DNA of 64,000 bases. Origin: Callorhinchus milii (Eukaryota). The position numbers and the translations under genes are program-made. The notes under the pieces were generated by a model that was given only the letters and a program-made list of their open reading frames with translations, ran no database searches and was not told where the DNA came from. This document shows, piece by piece, positions 13,620 to 26,602 of this stretch (positions are counted from its first letter, which is position 1; the number at the start of each line of letters is the position of its first letter). The stretch is taken from positions 18,662,001 through 18,726,000 of the forward strand of contig NW_024704751.1 in NCBI RefSeq assembly GCF_018977255.1. The letters run 5' to 3'.

Positions 13620-13718
13620 TCAGGCAAGTGAAGCCCGTAGCGGTATGATGCTCAAATGTTCCAAGTGTGGAGTTGTTTCAACTACAGCATTATCTGCCAC
13701 CACCACCAGTAATGCCAT
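13620..13718 (+). CDS. ADGRB2: ADGRB2 99-nt ICL3 exon (frame-preserving, phase 2-2)
   Basis: ttccaag|...|gttagt. Encodes (G)[32 protein letters not shown](M), the 33-aa ICL3 insert of ADGRB2/3. Confidence 0.92.
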
Positions 13719-15613
13719 GTTAGTCTCATCCATTTGATCTTTAGCTCTTACAAGGGTAATGTGGAAAGAGAAAGTATCCCTTTTCTTCAGCCACCACAGA
13801 AATCTTCCTCCAATCAATTGAAATAAATATAATTTGAATTTGAATATTTTGAATTGGTAGCTGATTTGCAGTCTCTGTCACCCTCAAAACCTCTTTCCTT
13901 TCACATTTATCCCATTCCATCTCTAAACCTAATGTGAATTTCCTTAGAAATCATAGTATAGGGGAACCCTTTTATAGCACCTTTCAGTATAGCACTGCCT
14001 CACTTATACTTTATTCTAACCAGGAATATGGTACACCTTAGTTCACTCAGCAGCTAACTTTTCACGTTACAAAAAGGCTGATTTGACTACAGATGACACT
14101 TCTTGAGTACCCTCTGTGCAGGAAACACCTCTTTTGCCACTTGCTATACAGAAAGTACTACAGCTATCACTCTCTTGCTCTAATATGACACACCTATGCT
14201 CTGTAATTCCTACTTTTCTCACATATGAATTGATTTTGTATCAACAAAATCTCAGTGTCATCGATTGCTTTGATAGCATTCCTATTCTGCGATTATTCCC
14301 ATTCTAATATTAGATGAACAGAGATTTCATATTCTTTCTCTTGTTTCTTAAACCGAAGGTGACCTGGCTTCTGTTGAAGGAACAGCTAGTCTGGTCAGAG
14401 ATCTCTTGAGCTGCATTGACGTTGCTTTTGTTAGCACCCTGCTGCTTTTTGTCTCTGTAACGTGCGTTGCAAATATCACATCACTGGATCAAACAGCCTG
14501 CCCCGCAATGGAACCAGGCAGATCTGAACAATTCTGTCACCTTCAAAATCTTCACTTGTCTGAATACATTAGGACCAGTTTTCAAATCGGTATATTTCCT
14601 CATAGTGCTATTCACCTCTTCCCTTTGAATTAAACATCGAGTCAGCTATTTATTCTTCCCCTTGACTCAGATGTTGAATAATTAATTTCTTTTGATCCAC
14701 ATGTGATGTTAGTTACTCGCTTTGTATAGCAACCTCAAAGTGCATTTTAAGGTGCTTTCCTAAAGTGGTTGAGGATCTGTGTGTTGGGGTGGGGAAGGGT
14801 AGGGGGAGAAAGAAGAAAATTGGCTTCATGAACATCCCAAACACTCAACGTGATCTCAGTGATATTAAGGTCACAATAAAAGTTTTACACTAGGTCTTTA
14901 CAATTTAAATACATGGTATTTCACAACTGAACTACTCAGTAAATTCCCTTCACTATCCAATGTTTTTTCCAGGGTTCATAAAACACAGGATAATTTTAGT
15001 GACTGACAAATTATAGGCCAGCAGCAGTGGCAATGCTAACAGCTCTTGTACTAATACAGGAGGTTTGAGCTTTAGGCACCAAACCTGCATGTCCGTCTAG
15101 TAAAGATCACTCACCTAAACAACCCTTCCTAAAACCACTGCTCCTATCAATCCTGTCTACTACTCCTATTGATCCTATCTAGGTTCCTGAGAGACTATGA
15201 AAATGCAGCAGCTATTTTGTAAAAAAATATATATTTTACTTTTCTTTTATGCATTTTCTTCAAATAGTCCATCTGTAAAATGTGCGACTTATGAGTCGTA
15301 TATGCTGTTTTCATTGTTATTTGGTTTTCAGTGTATTTATTTCTCATGTCCCAATGAACCTGATGCACAGATTAGTGCAGGCCACACCAAAGGGATACTA
15401 GATCTTTATATTGTAGAAGTGCATGATGCGATGCTTCGGGAGCAGTTTATGATTTAATCTTCAGAACATCTCATATCTATTAACTCTGGTCAAATGTTCC
15501 ACTGTGGATTTATTTTATTTTAGAGTTCTGTAAAATAATGCACTTTGTATGAATAATTTCTTTGTTTTATGCTTAATCTTGTCGGTGAAACGACAAACTG
15601 AACTGTAGATTTC

Positions 15614-15810
15614 TGGGGCAGTGATGAGCCAGTGGATTAATGCACTGTTTTTCACCTCAGTGATCTAGTTCGAATCCAGTCCTTACTGATGAGATGGAAT
15701 TCTCCTCTCTCACTTGGCTGGAGGCTTTATGTGAAATGAGTTAAAGGCAGTCTTATGGATTGTGCTTTAAGACTGTGGATTGGGCTCCCCTATATCTGGC
15801 ACTATTTGTC
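15614..15810 (+). mobile_element. LF-SINE-like fragment
   Basis: Ordered blocks cagtggatt / tttcacctc / gttcgaatccag / tatgtgaaatgagtt / tggcacta match the recalled LF-SINE 5' half. Confidence 0.6.
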
Positions 15811-18061
15811 ATTCTCACTTAATGGTAGTGAGTGTGGAGCATGGATTGTGATATTGGTATTGCAGTGGGGCTCCCCTATATTGCTGAGACAGAGCTTAAC
15901 TCTGCAACTGGCTTTGTAGTATTTGATTAAGGAATGCCCAGTGCTTACACTAGGTGGCTGAAAAGAGGATATAAAATTATGCAGCACCAGCTTGTCTTGC
16001 CATATGTGCACACAAACCATTGCACCACTATTTATGCCCGTTCTAAATTAGGTATGGGATCTAGAAATGGATGCAACATATAATCAAGAGTTTTACAGCA
16101 ATGATTTAATTTCCTTCATGCACCTTAAAGCAAGACTGACTGTTGTTCCTTTGTCTCACAGCCCTTTCATCCACTCAAACGGATGCTTGCATTTGAATGA
16201 AATCCACTAAGGAACAGCATGCGGTACAACATGAACTGTAGCGTAAAAGCAAAATAATTGTCAGCAATTAAAACACAACAACAGTACCCCTTTGGGCAGG
16301 TTGTCACAATGCCATTTTCAAAAGCATCTAAAATGAAAGGAAGCAAATTAGAAACAACTAAGTGAAGAATATTTGTTCAAAAGTAGAGGCTGCATAAAAT
16401 ATAAATTAAAAAAAGTGTTTCTTTTGTACTTCATCTGGTACTATCTCAAAACAAGTACCGTGTAAGAACTCCCCAAGCCAAGGCGCTCTTATTCCTACAG
16501 GTGTAACCTGTACAAACTTGTTCCATTCAATGCACGTCAAGCCTTTGAACCTGCCCTGCCAACCAGAATGTACTGAGACTGCCAAGTTGCTAATGTGCCT
16601 GGCCATTTGTGCTTAGGGAAAAAAAAAGTCTCTTGTCAGTGACTCCACTCCAACTGGTGGAACCTATTTTCATTGTCACTGAAAATGTTCTGATCATGTT
16701 CATTTTGAAAACTGTGGTCAAGCAAGAGAGAATGCTGGGCTTTCACCCTTAATACTTGTTTGCAATCCATGGCTCATTCATATGTGGAATGAGCTTGGGA
16801 CAGTCTCAACCAGCACCTGATGGGTAAAACACATTGCCAAACCACCCTCCCATTGGCACTCAATTGACAGTTTCACTCCAGAGGTCACAAGGGTGGGAAA
16901 TAGAAATATCAAATGATATTCTGATGTTAGGATTAAGAGATACAGTAGCATGATCTTTACTGTGCCCCCAGGTATTCTATACGTGACCTGGGGTTGCTTA
17001 TCTGAGACTGAGCCAAATAGAAAAATATTCAAATTCTCAGCTACTTATGTTCACAAAGATAAACAAGAAAAAAATGTAAATTATTAAAATACCAATTAGA
17101 CACAGAAGGGGACTGGCCACCTGGCAATCCTCTTAAGATCAGTTTGGCTACAGAACTAATTGTCATGCACATTGGATTTGCCGAAAATAAATCACAAAGG
17201 AAGCTGGAATTTAGTTGTTTGGAAGAATTCCTGAACCCAGCTTGAGTCGAGATTTAAAACACACATTCAAAGTAACAGTATCTTTGAAATAGTTCATCTT
17301 CCTCATCGTTCAAGCTCAGTTATTCCTCCCAGTCAGATGACCCCACCGATTCCACTGTTCAATACTTCTTTTTTTAAAAAAATTTGACAAAAAGATAAAG
17401 AGTTGTTAAATCAGTAACTTTTTCGAAAGGTTTAGTGTGTTTGAGGGTGCTGATGGCAAGACTCAGTCTTTTAAAAACATTTAGTTGCAAGTTCGATGAT
17501 GCACTGTTCAAAAACATTTAAGCAAAACCCCTTTAACTCCATGTCAGCCTCAGTGATGATCTTCCATAGGCACCATAATGACATTTGGCCTCTTCAGGAT
17601 AAGTGCACAATGAAACATTCCTCGCTGTAATGCTGTAACTCCTTACGCAACCTGCAGTGTCACAAATACAATGGTAATTTTACAAGTTTGAGACACTGCT
17701 GCTGTTTCTGGGGACTTTTCGAGACTGCAGTGCAAACAACATATTCTCTTTTAGATTTTTTTAAATGTGACCTTATAAAATGTGGTGGAGCTGACAAAAA
17801 TAGTGATGCTATTTACTACTCCCTATTGTGTTGCTGATTGCGGTGTGGTGCACATATAGAAAGACATAGTTTTGTTTTAGAATTCTTTTAGAATTAGGCA
17901 ATTAAGGGCCTGACTCTAAAAAAAAACAGTTTAGACACCCGATGAATAACCTCTTCAAACGCTTCTAATTCCAGCCGCGCAGGCGGTTGGTTGTCTGTGC
18001 TTAAGCAAATTCATCTTACTTAGGATTTTAATCAGGCTGCCATTCTTTTCTATCCCCCCAG

Positions 18062-18233
18062 GGCTTCCCTGTGGAGTTCGTGTGTCGTGCTACCACTCCT
18101 GGCACTGACCTGGATGTCAGCTGTTCTTGCAATGACCGACAGGCGATCGATTTTGTTTCAAATACTGTTTGCCGTTTTTGACTCTGTTCAAGGATTTGTT
18201 ATTATCACAGTTCACTGCTTCCTGAGGAGAGAG
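18062..18233 (+). CDS. ADGRB2: ADGRB2 coding exon, TM6-TM7
   Basis: cccccag|...|gtacgt. 172 nt encoding [57 protein letters not shown]. Confidence 0.96.
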
Positions 18234-19814
18234 GTACGTGTAGTCACACAATACAAACTACTGTTCGGCAAATCAACAGCCCTGAGGGTGGACTTCCACT
18301 CTTCGCATCAAAGAAAGGAACATCAATTCCAGAATAGTGGTAGAAGTGAATATGTTTACAAAGTGGTTATGGAGCAAGCCTGGCAGCATTGGTGAAGCAA
18401 TGAGCATCAACATGTGAAATAAGCAATGAAATAATAAATAATGCAACAAAATAATGACACAGATGCAAGATATGAACCCGCAGGGAGAGAAGAAAGAGTT
18501 CCCCCTTGTTCTCCCAATTTCCACCCCTACATCTCAGTTCACACTTCTAAAGATTCATTGGAAAAGGCCCAATGAAAGATAAAATATTAATTTTAGCCTC
18601 ACTTCCTACAAGTCTTATACAATTTTTAATGTTGTGTTGATGTTAATTAATTGTTTACTGTTAGAGACCCAACACCCAGGAGGAATTTGAAAGTGGTGAC
18701 CAAACGTTTCTTTTTCTACGCTGTCTAATTTTCTCCACGTCTCCTCCTCCTCCTTAAAACTTTGTTGGATTACGGTGTAGTCTTGTCCAAACATGAGCCT
18801 GAACAAAGAGTCGACAGGAATCATAGCTAAGCCCAATCACGTCCTCAATAATCTTTGCTCAGACAAAGAAAGCAAACTAAAGTGGTAACATCAAGTGATT
18901 TTTTTCCTCTTTCCTGGTCCAGGCACCATGAGGTCACTGAAAGTTTGAAAGCTTGTTATAAGAGCAGATCACCGCACTGCGTGAAACACTGACAGTGGGA
19001 GTGAAGAAGCTCTGATTCCCCGACTCCACTTGAGCTTGTTATATCAGACAAGTTTTGTAAGAATGTGCTGAGCACAAATTATGTGTCTCACCGTGGAAGG
19101 AGAGAGAACGTCAGGGCGAAAGTCTTCCTGACACAAATTTAGCTTCCCCGGAGGCTGACTCAATGCGAAGGCCAGCTTTTCCGTCTGCCCTCAATTGTAT
19201 GTGGAACTTAAAACTGAACACAATACCGCAGTCTAACTAATAATTTATGGAGGTTAAAGATCACCTCTTTAGTTTTACACACTATGTCCCTATTTACAAA
19301 CTTTATAAAACCATCAGTATTTTTTTTGCAAATTTGTCCACCTGCTCTACAACTCCTTTTTTTTAATTTTTTAGTGATTCAACAATGAAAAAAATTGGAG
19401 TTTCTTTAATTATATAACTAAAGGTCACATGTAATTGCCTCTGCACCAATGTATTTACACATGGTTAGCACAATCTGCAAATTAGACCCTACTGGCTCTA
19501 GATATGTCACTCACGTGCTTTCCAGTTTCGTACAGTAAAGTAGGTCAAGCTATTCCCACGAGACAGCAGAAAAGAGCAGAATAACATAAATGGATAAAGG
19601 CTGATGGATGGAGAAAGAAATATAGTCACACTGAGGCACAGAGTGAGATGCACAGAGAAAACGTGAATCACAGCAGTGAATAGAGAGAGAGAGATACACA
19701 TTAGAGGTGAATAATAATAATTATAATAATCCTTGCATTTGATATGGTGCCTTATCACCAGAAAACAGAGCAAAGAGTGAGATACAGTTCATGGCAGACT
19801 CTAAAGAGCAGGTG

Positions 19815-20150
19815 GGGGGGGCGGAGAGAAATCAAAAATAAGAGTTTTATACTTATAGCATCTTTCATGTCAGGAGGACAACTCACTGCCTTCACAGAAT
19901 CAACCGGTAGCCCGAGCTGGGATAGAGGAGAGCTTAAGATGGAGGGGGGGAAAGAGGTGACCAAATGCACAGTTGAAAAGATCTTAAGATGGGCTATAAA
20001 TATGTAGAGGGAGAGGGTAAGGCAAGGGCACTCCACAATAGAGCTTCAGAGACAGGGGGCAGAATGTCTGAATGCCAGTCCTTTGATGGTGGGGTGTCAA
20101 GGCCAAGGACATGGAGCAGGCCAGTGTTCGCTGAGCGGAGGGAGTGAGTG
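19815..20150 (-). mobile_element. L2-type LINE 3' fragment
   Basis: tatagcatctttcatgtcaggaggaca tail plus purine-rich body. Confidence 0.6.
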
Positions 20151-20279
20151 GGACAGAGCTGTTAAGTGATGAGACACACGCATACACACACAAACAGAGT
20201 CAGTGGGGGGAGAGGAATTGAGATAGAGAGACACAGCTTGGATTTCCTATTTAAAGCCATTTTGGCATTTGTGTTTTAG

Positions 20280-20375
20280 ATTCAGGATGTTGTAAAATGT
20301 CGAACAGGAAGCTGCAAAACTGAAGAGAATGAAAACTCACCGGATTCATACAAAAACGGACAGGTTCAGATCATG
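20280..20375 (+). CDS. ADGRB2: ADGRB2 coding exon, helix 8/proximal tail
   Basis: gttttag|...|gtgagt. 96 nt encoding [32 protein letters not shown]; QDVVKC and SPDSxKNGQ are BAI2-type. Confidence 0.94.
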
Positions 20376-20448
20376 GTGAGTAAAGAATGAATTCGCAGGA
20401 ACACAATAAAGAAAATGAACTGAATGAGCCACCTTAAGCCTGAGTGGA

Positions 20449-20780
20449 GTGGAGTCCTGTAGCTCAGTGGTTAGAGCACTCGCTTTGCAAGTGAGAGACC
20501 TGAGTTCAATTCCAGGCAGAGGGTGAAACCTTGGGCAAGTTTCCTTACTCCACACAGAGCCTAATAATAATCCCTCCAAAACCAAAAACAATAATAAATT
20601 GGTCATTTTCGATCTACAACTGTTTGTGGGACATTGCTGTGTGCAATTGGCTGCCGCGTTCGCCCACAAATATACAGTCAATTCACTTTACAGTGTGTTC
20701 TGTGAAGCGCTTTGGGACGTCCTCCCGACGTGAAAAGCGCTATATCAAATGCAAGGATTATTATTATTATATTATTATTA
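20449..20780 (+). mobile_element. Young full-length tRNA-derived SINE with L2-type tail and (TTA)n end
   Basis: A box tagctcagtgg, B box gagttcaattcc, tail aagcgctttgggacgtcc...gcgctatatcaaatgcaagg(att)n. Nearly identical to 52139-52490. Confidence 0.93.
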
Positions 20781-20869
20781 AGCCACACTGGTAACGTAAA
20801 ACTGCCTGACATCTATATGGCTTGTGTGTGTCTCGGTGTGTTATCTCCTGTTATGAACAATACATACAT

Positions 20870-20975
20870 TTTCAGGGGTATGGAGAAAGGGACTGAATGG
20901 GTAGCTCTTCCAAAAAGCCGGACCAGGCACAATGGGCTGAATGGCCTCCCTCTGTGCTGTAATACTCTATGATAC
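20870..20975 (+). mobile_element. CR1 3' end fragment
   Basis: tgggctgaatggcctccctctgtgctgtaatactctatgat. Confidence 0.75.
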
Positions 20976-21531
20976 TCCATCAAAGAGAACAGTTCAGTCT
21001 CACCTGTTACTATATGGTTTATGGAGTGTTTAAGAAGCATCGGCTCTCTGGGTCCTGTTCAACAACAATAACAAAATTACATTTGTAGAGCACCTTTCAC
21101 ATCGGGAGAACATCCCAAGGCGCTGGACAGTCAGTGCTTCAGACCCGAGCTGAATAAAAGGAAACTCGTCACTCTCTGTTCTGTAGGGCTGTGTTCCATG
21201 TGCACCGCACTTTTAGTGGATCAATTGCTACTATTCTAGGGCTCCTCCTCTTCCACTCCATCTCCTGTAGTTAATGTGTGAAACCTGAAGTGGCTCCTCC
21301 ATTCAGTAGGCACATTGCACATGTCATCAGCTGCTGTTCCCATTAAAATGTTGAGAACAACAGTGGAGAGCTCCACACAGCTGGAACACAGATCATGTTC
21401 CAATTCAGACATTTATCTACCCAGAGTCTCAGAGCCTGCCAGAGCACCTGTGCTTCAGACAATGATTCCTTTCTCTAACAAGCCCGTCTCTAATTTTATT
21501 GCTATTTTATTTCTCTGCTGCCTTCTTGTAG

Positions 21532-21571
21532 ACAGATTTTGAAAAAGATGTGGATCTCGCCTGCCAGTCAG
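21532..21571 (+). CDS. ADGRB2: ADGRB2 40-nt coding exon
   Basis: cttgtag|...|gtaaga. Encodes TDFEKDVDLACQS(V). Confidence 0.94.
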
Positions 21572-22324
21572 GTAAGACCGATTTCAGATCTGTGAGACAT
21601 GATGACTAAATGTTGCTAAACCTTCTAATTACTGTAATTAATTTGTTTGCTCTGGGATCAAAATAGATTAACTCCTTGTTTCCCGGGGAAGCCAGTAGAT
21701 AATATGAGAGTGATTATTTACATCCACAGTAATGAGATTACAGCTGTTAGGATAGAGGCCCCACTGGATATTGCAAACCCGCTGGAAATAGACCCGCTCC
21801 AATAAGCAATCCTAGCCCTGACCTCCTCAGTAGACCTAGCACTAACCTTCTCAGCAATTCCCCCATCGCCTCAACCGCCCATTAACAAATCAGCTTCTCC
21901 CCAGCCCTCACTTACACAAACTGATGAAGTTACTGATTTATAAGTAGGACAAGAGGAGGCAGTGTGATGAATTCCTCAGAAATCCCTGTGCATTGTGTTA
22001 ACACATAGATTATGATGTTCAGTGAACGTTCTTTGAGTTGAGACCCTGCATCGTGTCTCACCCTCGGGGATTCTGAGTTCAGAGTCGTTTTTGGTGCCAA
22101 TTTCAATGAATCTTTTCCCACTGAAAGTGCAAACTTGTCACAAATGGTAAGCTTTAAAGAACTGGAACGTCACAAAAGATTACCAAAACAGCAGCATCAC
22201 CAAATGTTGAAATGGTCTGTGCAGGGAATATAGCCTACAACAGTGAATAAATAGCATTGCTGCTGAATGAGTCAAATCCAGATGAGGACAGTTAACTGAT
22301 GTACTGAAAGCGAAGGACTGAAAT

Positions 22325-22482
22325 GTGCTGAGAATAGATATTTGGGGAGGACAAATTTGCATAGTTATGGGGAGAGCGCGGGGGGGAGTGGGATTAATTT
22401 GAATAGCTCTTTCAAGAGCTCTTTCACGGGCACGATGGGCCGAATTGCCTCCTTCTGTGCTGTATAATCCTATGATCCTATG
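22325..22482 (+). mobile_element. CR1 3' end fragment ending ~30 nt before an exon acceptor
   Basis: gcacgatgggccgaattgcctccttctgtgctgtataatcctatgatcctatga. Confidence 0.8.
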
Positions 22483-22513
22483 AATTGACAACCCTTTCAT
22501 TTTCTCTCCCCAG

Positions 22514-23184
22514 TACTCTTCAAAGAGGTGAACACTTGTAATCCCGCGACCATCACGGGAACGTTGTCTCGGATCTCCTTGGACGATGAGGAAGACAGAA
22601 AACTGAACACAAACAGCGAAGGGTTGAACTTCTCAACGCTTCCGGGAAACATCCCCCCAGGGAACGTGCTGACTATGCCGTATCCCACCATGCACCAGAT
22701 GCACAACCTGATTTCCGGGTTGAACGAACTGAACGAGCAGACTGCCAAAAAGGAAAACAACAGCAGCGACATGAGGGGCAAGCTGTACCTGTGCACAGAG
22801 AACAACCTGAGGCCGGTGGACGTGATGTGGAGCCGGGCTCAGGAGCAACCATTGGAGAGTGACTATATGGTGCTCCCAAGGCGCACGGTCAGTTTGAAAC
22901 CTTTCAGGAAAGAGGAGGGCAAATTGAACATCAATGTGGACGATACTCGGCACAACATCGTCGGGACCCACCCAAGCGAGCCGGAGGTGTACCCCAACTT
23001 TGTCTCAGTCGATCACATCAATTTGAACTTAAACCAGCCTTACGGAACGCTCAAGCAACCACGCGGTTTACCTTTCAAGCAGCACCCTTCGGTCAGGCAT
23101 ATTTTGGCGTCCGAATATGCCAACAGGAGCCGGACCATGCCACGCAGTGAGCCAGGGTCATCGAACTCCATGGGCTCCTTAGAA
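22514..23184 (+). CDS. ADGRB2: ADGRB2 large cytoplasmic-tail exon
   Basis: ctccccag|...|gtaagt. 671 nt encoding (V)LFKEVNTCNPATITGTLSRISLDDEED...ESDYMVLPRRT...RSRTMPR...MGSLE. Matches ORF 22528..23199. Confidence 0.96.
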
Positions 23185-23924
23185 GTAAGTTGCCGTTGAT
23201 TATGTAGCGTTGTCTTCTCAACCTGCCTGGTGAGTAATGCAGAGGTCACGTTTGGGAGATTTCATATTGGGAGTGGCTCATATTGTACTTAGCAGTACTT
23301 GAACTCTGAACCAGTTTCCACTAAGAATTTAATATTGCTGCCCTTTTTTTTGTTGAATTGGCCTAAGACATGTACCTGGCATTTGCTTTAGATGTCCCAC
23401 AATCAATTTAAGGTTTTTTAAGATCCAAGTCAAAGCAGCCCTCAAATATAATTCATTGTCAATCTTTGAGCCTCCACCGGCAAGAGAGGCTTGTAATTAA
23501 TTGCTGACAGTTACATTGAGTCTGTAAGAATCTTCAGTGACCGGTTACCTCCTTCTGAACTCAGATGACTTGACCATCTCCATCCTTTATTGGTCATTCA
23601 TCTCCTGGCTCTTACTGTAAATGGCTGCTGTCTTTGCCGAGAAAAGCAGTCACTGCATTTGACAGTTTTTGCTTGTGAAATGCCTTGAGATATGGCAACA
23701 TATTAAAATGTTATAAAAATAAAAGTTATTTTTACTCCTAGGCATTTGGGGACTTTGTCCTGACTTCTACAGAAGCTCCCTGCTGGTTATTCCTTCCCAT
23801 CTATGCTTTCATTACTTATTTCTCTTATTGTGCCAGAATCAATTATCTTTTTGTAATTTTACCCCCATTTTCTTTTTCCTGATCCTGAATATGTGACTTA
23901 TTATCAGTCAAATAATATTTACAT

Positions 23925-24165
23925 TCATAGGATCATCGGAACAGGAGTAAGATATCCGGCCCATCAAGCCTGTCTGACCACTTTTGAAGATCCTGGCCAA
24001 TCCACAACTCAATTTCACCTCCCTGCTCTCCCTCCATATCCCTTGATAATAATAATAATAATATTAATCCTTACATTTGACATAGCACCTTATCATGTCT
24101 TCTAGACATCTCAAAGGGCTTCACAGAACATACCATAAAGTGAATTGACTGTATATTTGTGGGCG
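23925..24165 (-). mobile_element. CR1 3' end interrupted by a SINE tail (both minus strand)
   Basis: cataggatcatcggaacaggagtaag...ccatatcccttg, then (aat)n ccttacatttgacatagcacc...aaagtgaattgactgtatatttgtgggcgaa. Confidence 0.75.
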
Positions 24166-24521
24166 AAACAGATATAAATATATGGATATCAAATGGAAAA
24201 AGATATTCTACATTTATTGTCGAGTGTAGTCTGTCAAACATATATCTATTTGCTTTTGAAATTCTTCAAATGACTGCTCCACTGCCCTCTGGGAGAGTGA
24301 ATTTCACACTCCCAACACCCACTCATAAAAAAAATGCTTCTTCATTTCACTTCTAATCCAATCATCTGACCAAAGGCAGGTTCATCAGCTGACCATCATT
24401 CTGTGAAAACACCCTTGTGTCATCCAGTTGAACGAGAGTATGAAAAGTGGCCTTACTCCACAGCCAGTGGCATTGCTGACCCAGGTCGCAAGCCTGAAAG
24501 CTTTTATTGTTCACAGGACCT

Positions 24522-24710
24522 ACTCCAACAACAACAAATTATGTTTGTACAGCGCCTTTCACGTCAGGAGGACATCCCAAGGCGCTGGGCAGTAAGTGAT
24601 CCGCACCCAAGCTGGTGGCTGGGATCAGGAGGGGTGGAGGGCGGGGAGGGTAGGGGTAGGAGGGTCACTGAACACACGGTCGAAAAGGAGGGTCTTGAGA
24701 AAGCAGGAAG
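24522..24710 (-). mobile_element. L2-type LINE 3' fragment
   Basis: caacaacaac...agcgcctttcacgtcaggaggacatcccaaggcgct. Confidence 0.7.
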
Positions 24711-25637
24711 TTTGCTCGACTGTCTTCACAATAACAAGTTATTTGGGTTTAGCTGGTTAAACTCCAATTAGTACCCCAATGGGAGGGGACGATGAAGATG
24801 AAAGGAAGGAGGATGATAACATGGATTATCTAAAATCTACAAGTCTTGCTCAGACCTCAAAAACCGGTTGGATAAAACTAATTTGAGTCGAACATTATGA
24901 TTATTTCCTGCTTGGAAGCTTTGTCCAGATTCACTCCAGTGGAACTCCCTCCCTCAACACCCCCTTTACTTATCTTTAAATTCCCTCCTCTCTGACCTCC
25001 ACAAACCCTACCAATGTAGCCTTTCCCTTCACTCACTGGGCCTGCTCCGTGTTCCCAGCCATCCCCAGGCGGGTGCAGTCCCACCAAGATAGATAAGGGA
25101 GGGGAGGCATTGGTGCCCAAATAGCTTTAGGTTATAAGCTGTATGCTGCTGTAAATCACACAGAAGAGAAGCTTCAAACTAAGCCATGAAATTGCAAATT
25201 GACATTCAATTGGCTGAATTGCTGAGTCCTGTAGCGTAGTGGTTAGAGCGCTGGCTTCACATGACAAAAATGATCCATTATATCAGCAATAAGTGGGACT
25301 CATTCCTTGTGTGTTGTCCATCTGTGATCCAGATATGGCATTGTTGCAGCTCATAAGATAAAACAAATATTGTGGCGATGTTCTTGGAGACAAAACCTAC
25401 CTGAGAATTGCTGAATAAATATCCCTAGCAAGTGCTCTTGTACATCACAAAAGCCGGGTTCAGATTGTATTGTCAGAGCCTTGCTCTGTCACTTGAATTG
25501 TAGATTGGTGTGAGGAAACCTAAAGTTAATAAAGGAAATTCAGTTCACATTGGGAGTGATCTGTAAACCGTGCATTCAGAACATGCCTCTCTAAAGCTTT
25601 TATTTGAACTAATTTTATTTCTTTGTTACTTTCACAG

Positions 25638-25673
25638 AGGAGACGATTGAGGTACTCCGATCTTGACTTTGAG
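25638..25673 (+). CDS. ADGRB2: ADGRB2 36-nt coding exon
   Basis: ttcacag|...|gtattt. Encodes RRRLRYSDLDFE. Confidence 0.93.
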
Positions 25674-26602
25674 GTATTTATCATACATTTATTGAAGTCA
25701 GTAAAATGCTGTCACTGATTTATGTCAAAAAATTGCAAGGTAATAACTGTGAGACTGTATAAGTTACAATGCTCTAGTTCAATACTGGGGCTGTAGAGGA
25801 ATGACAAGACTGTCATTCTGTCAGGAGTGTCGAAGAAAATATTAAATCATAAGGACACAGACCATATTATACACCTCTGAGTCATTAATTCTCTCTAAAG
25901 TATCAGTGCTGAGCAATGTGAAACAAAACACTTGAAATGTATACAAATAAAGCTGCGTTACTGCAGGGGCAGTTTGTGTGTTTGTGGGCTTCATATCACA
26001 GTGACCACCCAGAAAGAGGAAACAGGTAATCTTGATGTCGAAAGTGCAAGGAAACCTTTCATTATTCCACAATAGTTTGGTATGTACAGAATTTGAAATG
26101 AACAGAACTTAACAATAATCCTTGCATTTGATGTAGCACCTTTCCCTTCGAGTGGACATCTCACAGTGCTTCAGAAGATTTACTGTATAGTCTGGTGGCT
26201 GTATATTTTGTAGGTGAATGCCCTAATCGGTTAAGATTCTGATAACTTCCTCCATATTCCCTTTCATATACACAATCTCATCATCTCTTACTGACAGAAG
26301 CGGAGGAATCCATCACTGGTTATTAATATTAAATGGCCTTTGTCATGGTCCAGGGTAATATTTTGTTTGATAGCAGTGTGAAATATTGCCACCTAAGCAT
26401 TCCATCCTCCAAGCTTGGCTGCTTTGTGCCTCTGAATGTCTCATCTCTATCATATTCAGCCTTCTCCCTGCCAACTCTGACTCCACCTTGTAAAATCCTC
26501 CTCCTCACAATATTTCCAAAATTCTCCTTTCATTTTCCTAGTGGCACCTGTTTCTGTTGCACCAGAGTTACTGTAGATTGCATTCAGTTCTAGAAATCCA
26601 TG

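Noticed and set aside
20451-20525. tRNA-like sequence with A and B boxes (also at 52415-52490 and ~25224-25262)
   Set aside because: It is the SINE head and runs straight into SINE body, so it is not a tRNA gene.
20346-20972. Near-identical ORFs recurring at 51958-52542, suggesting a gene family
   Set aside because: They are chance reading frames through SINE copies.
22497-23249. Antisense ORFs over the large exon
   Set aside because: Expected shadow ORFs of GC-rich coding sequence, with no recognisable protein.
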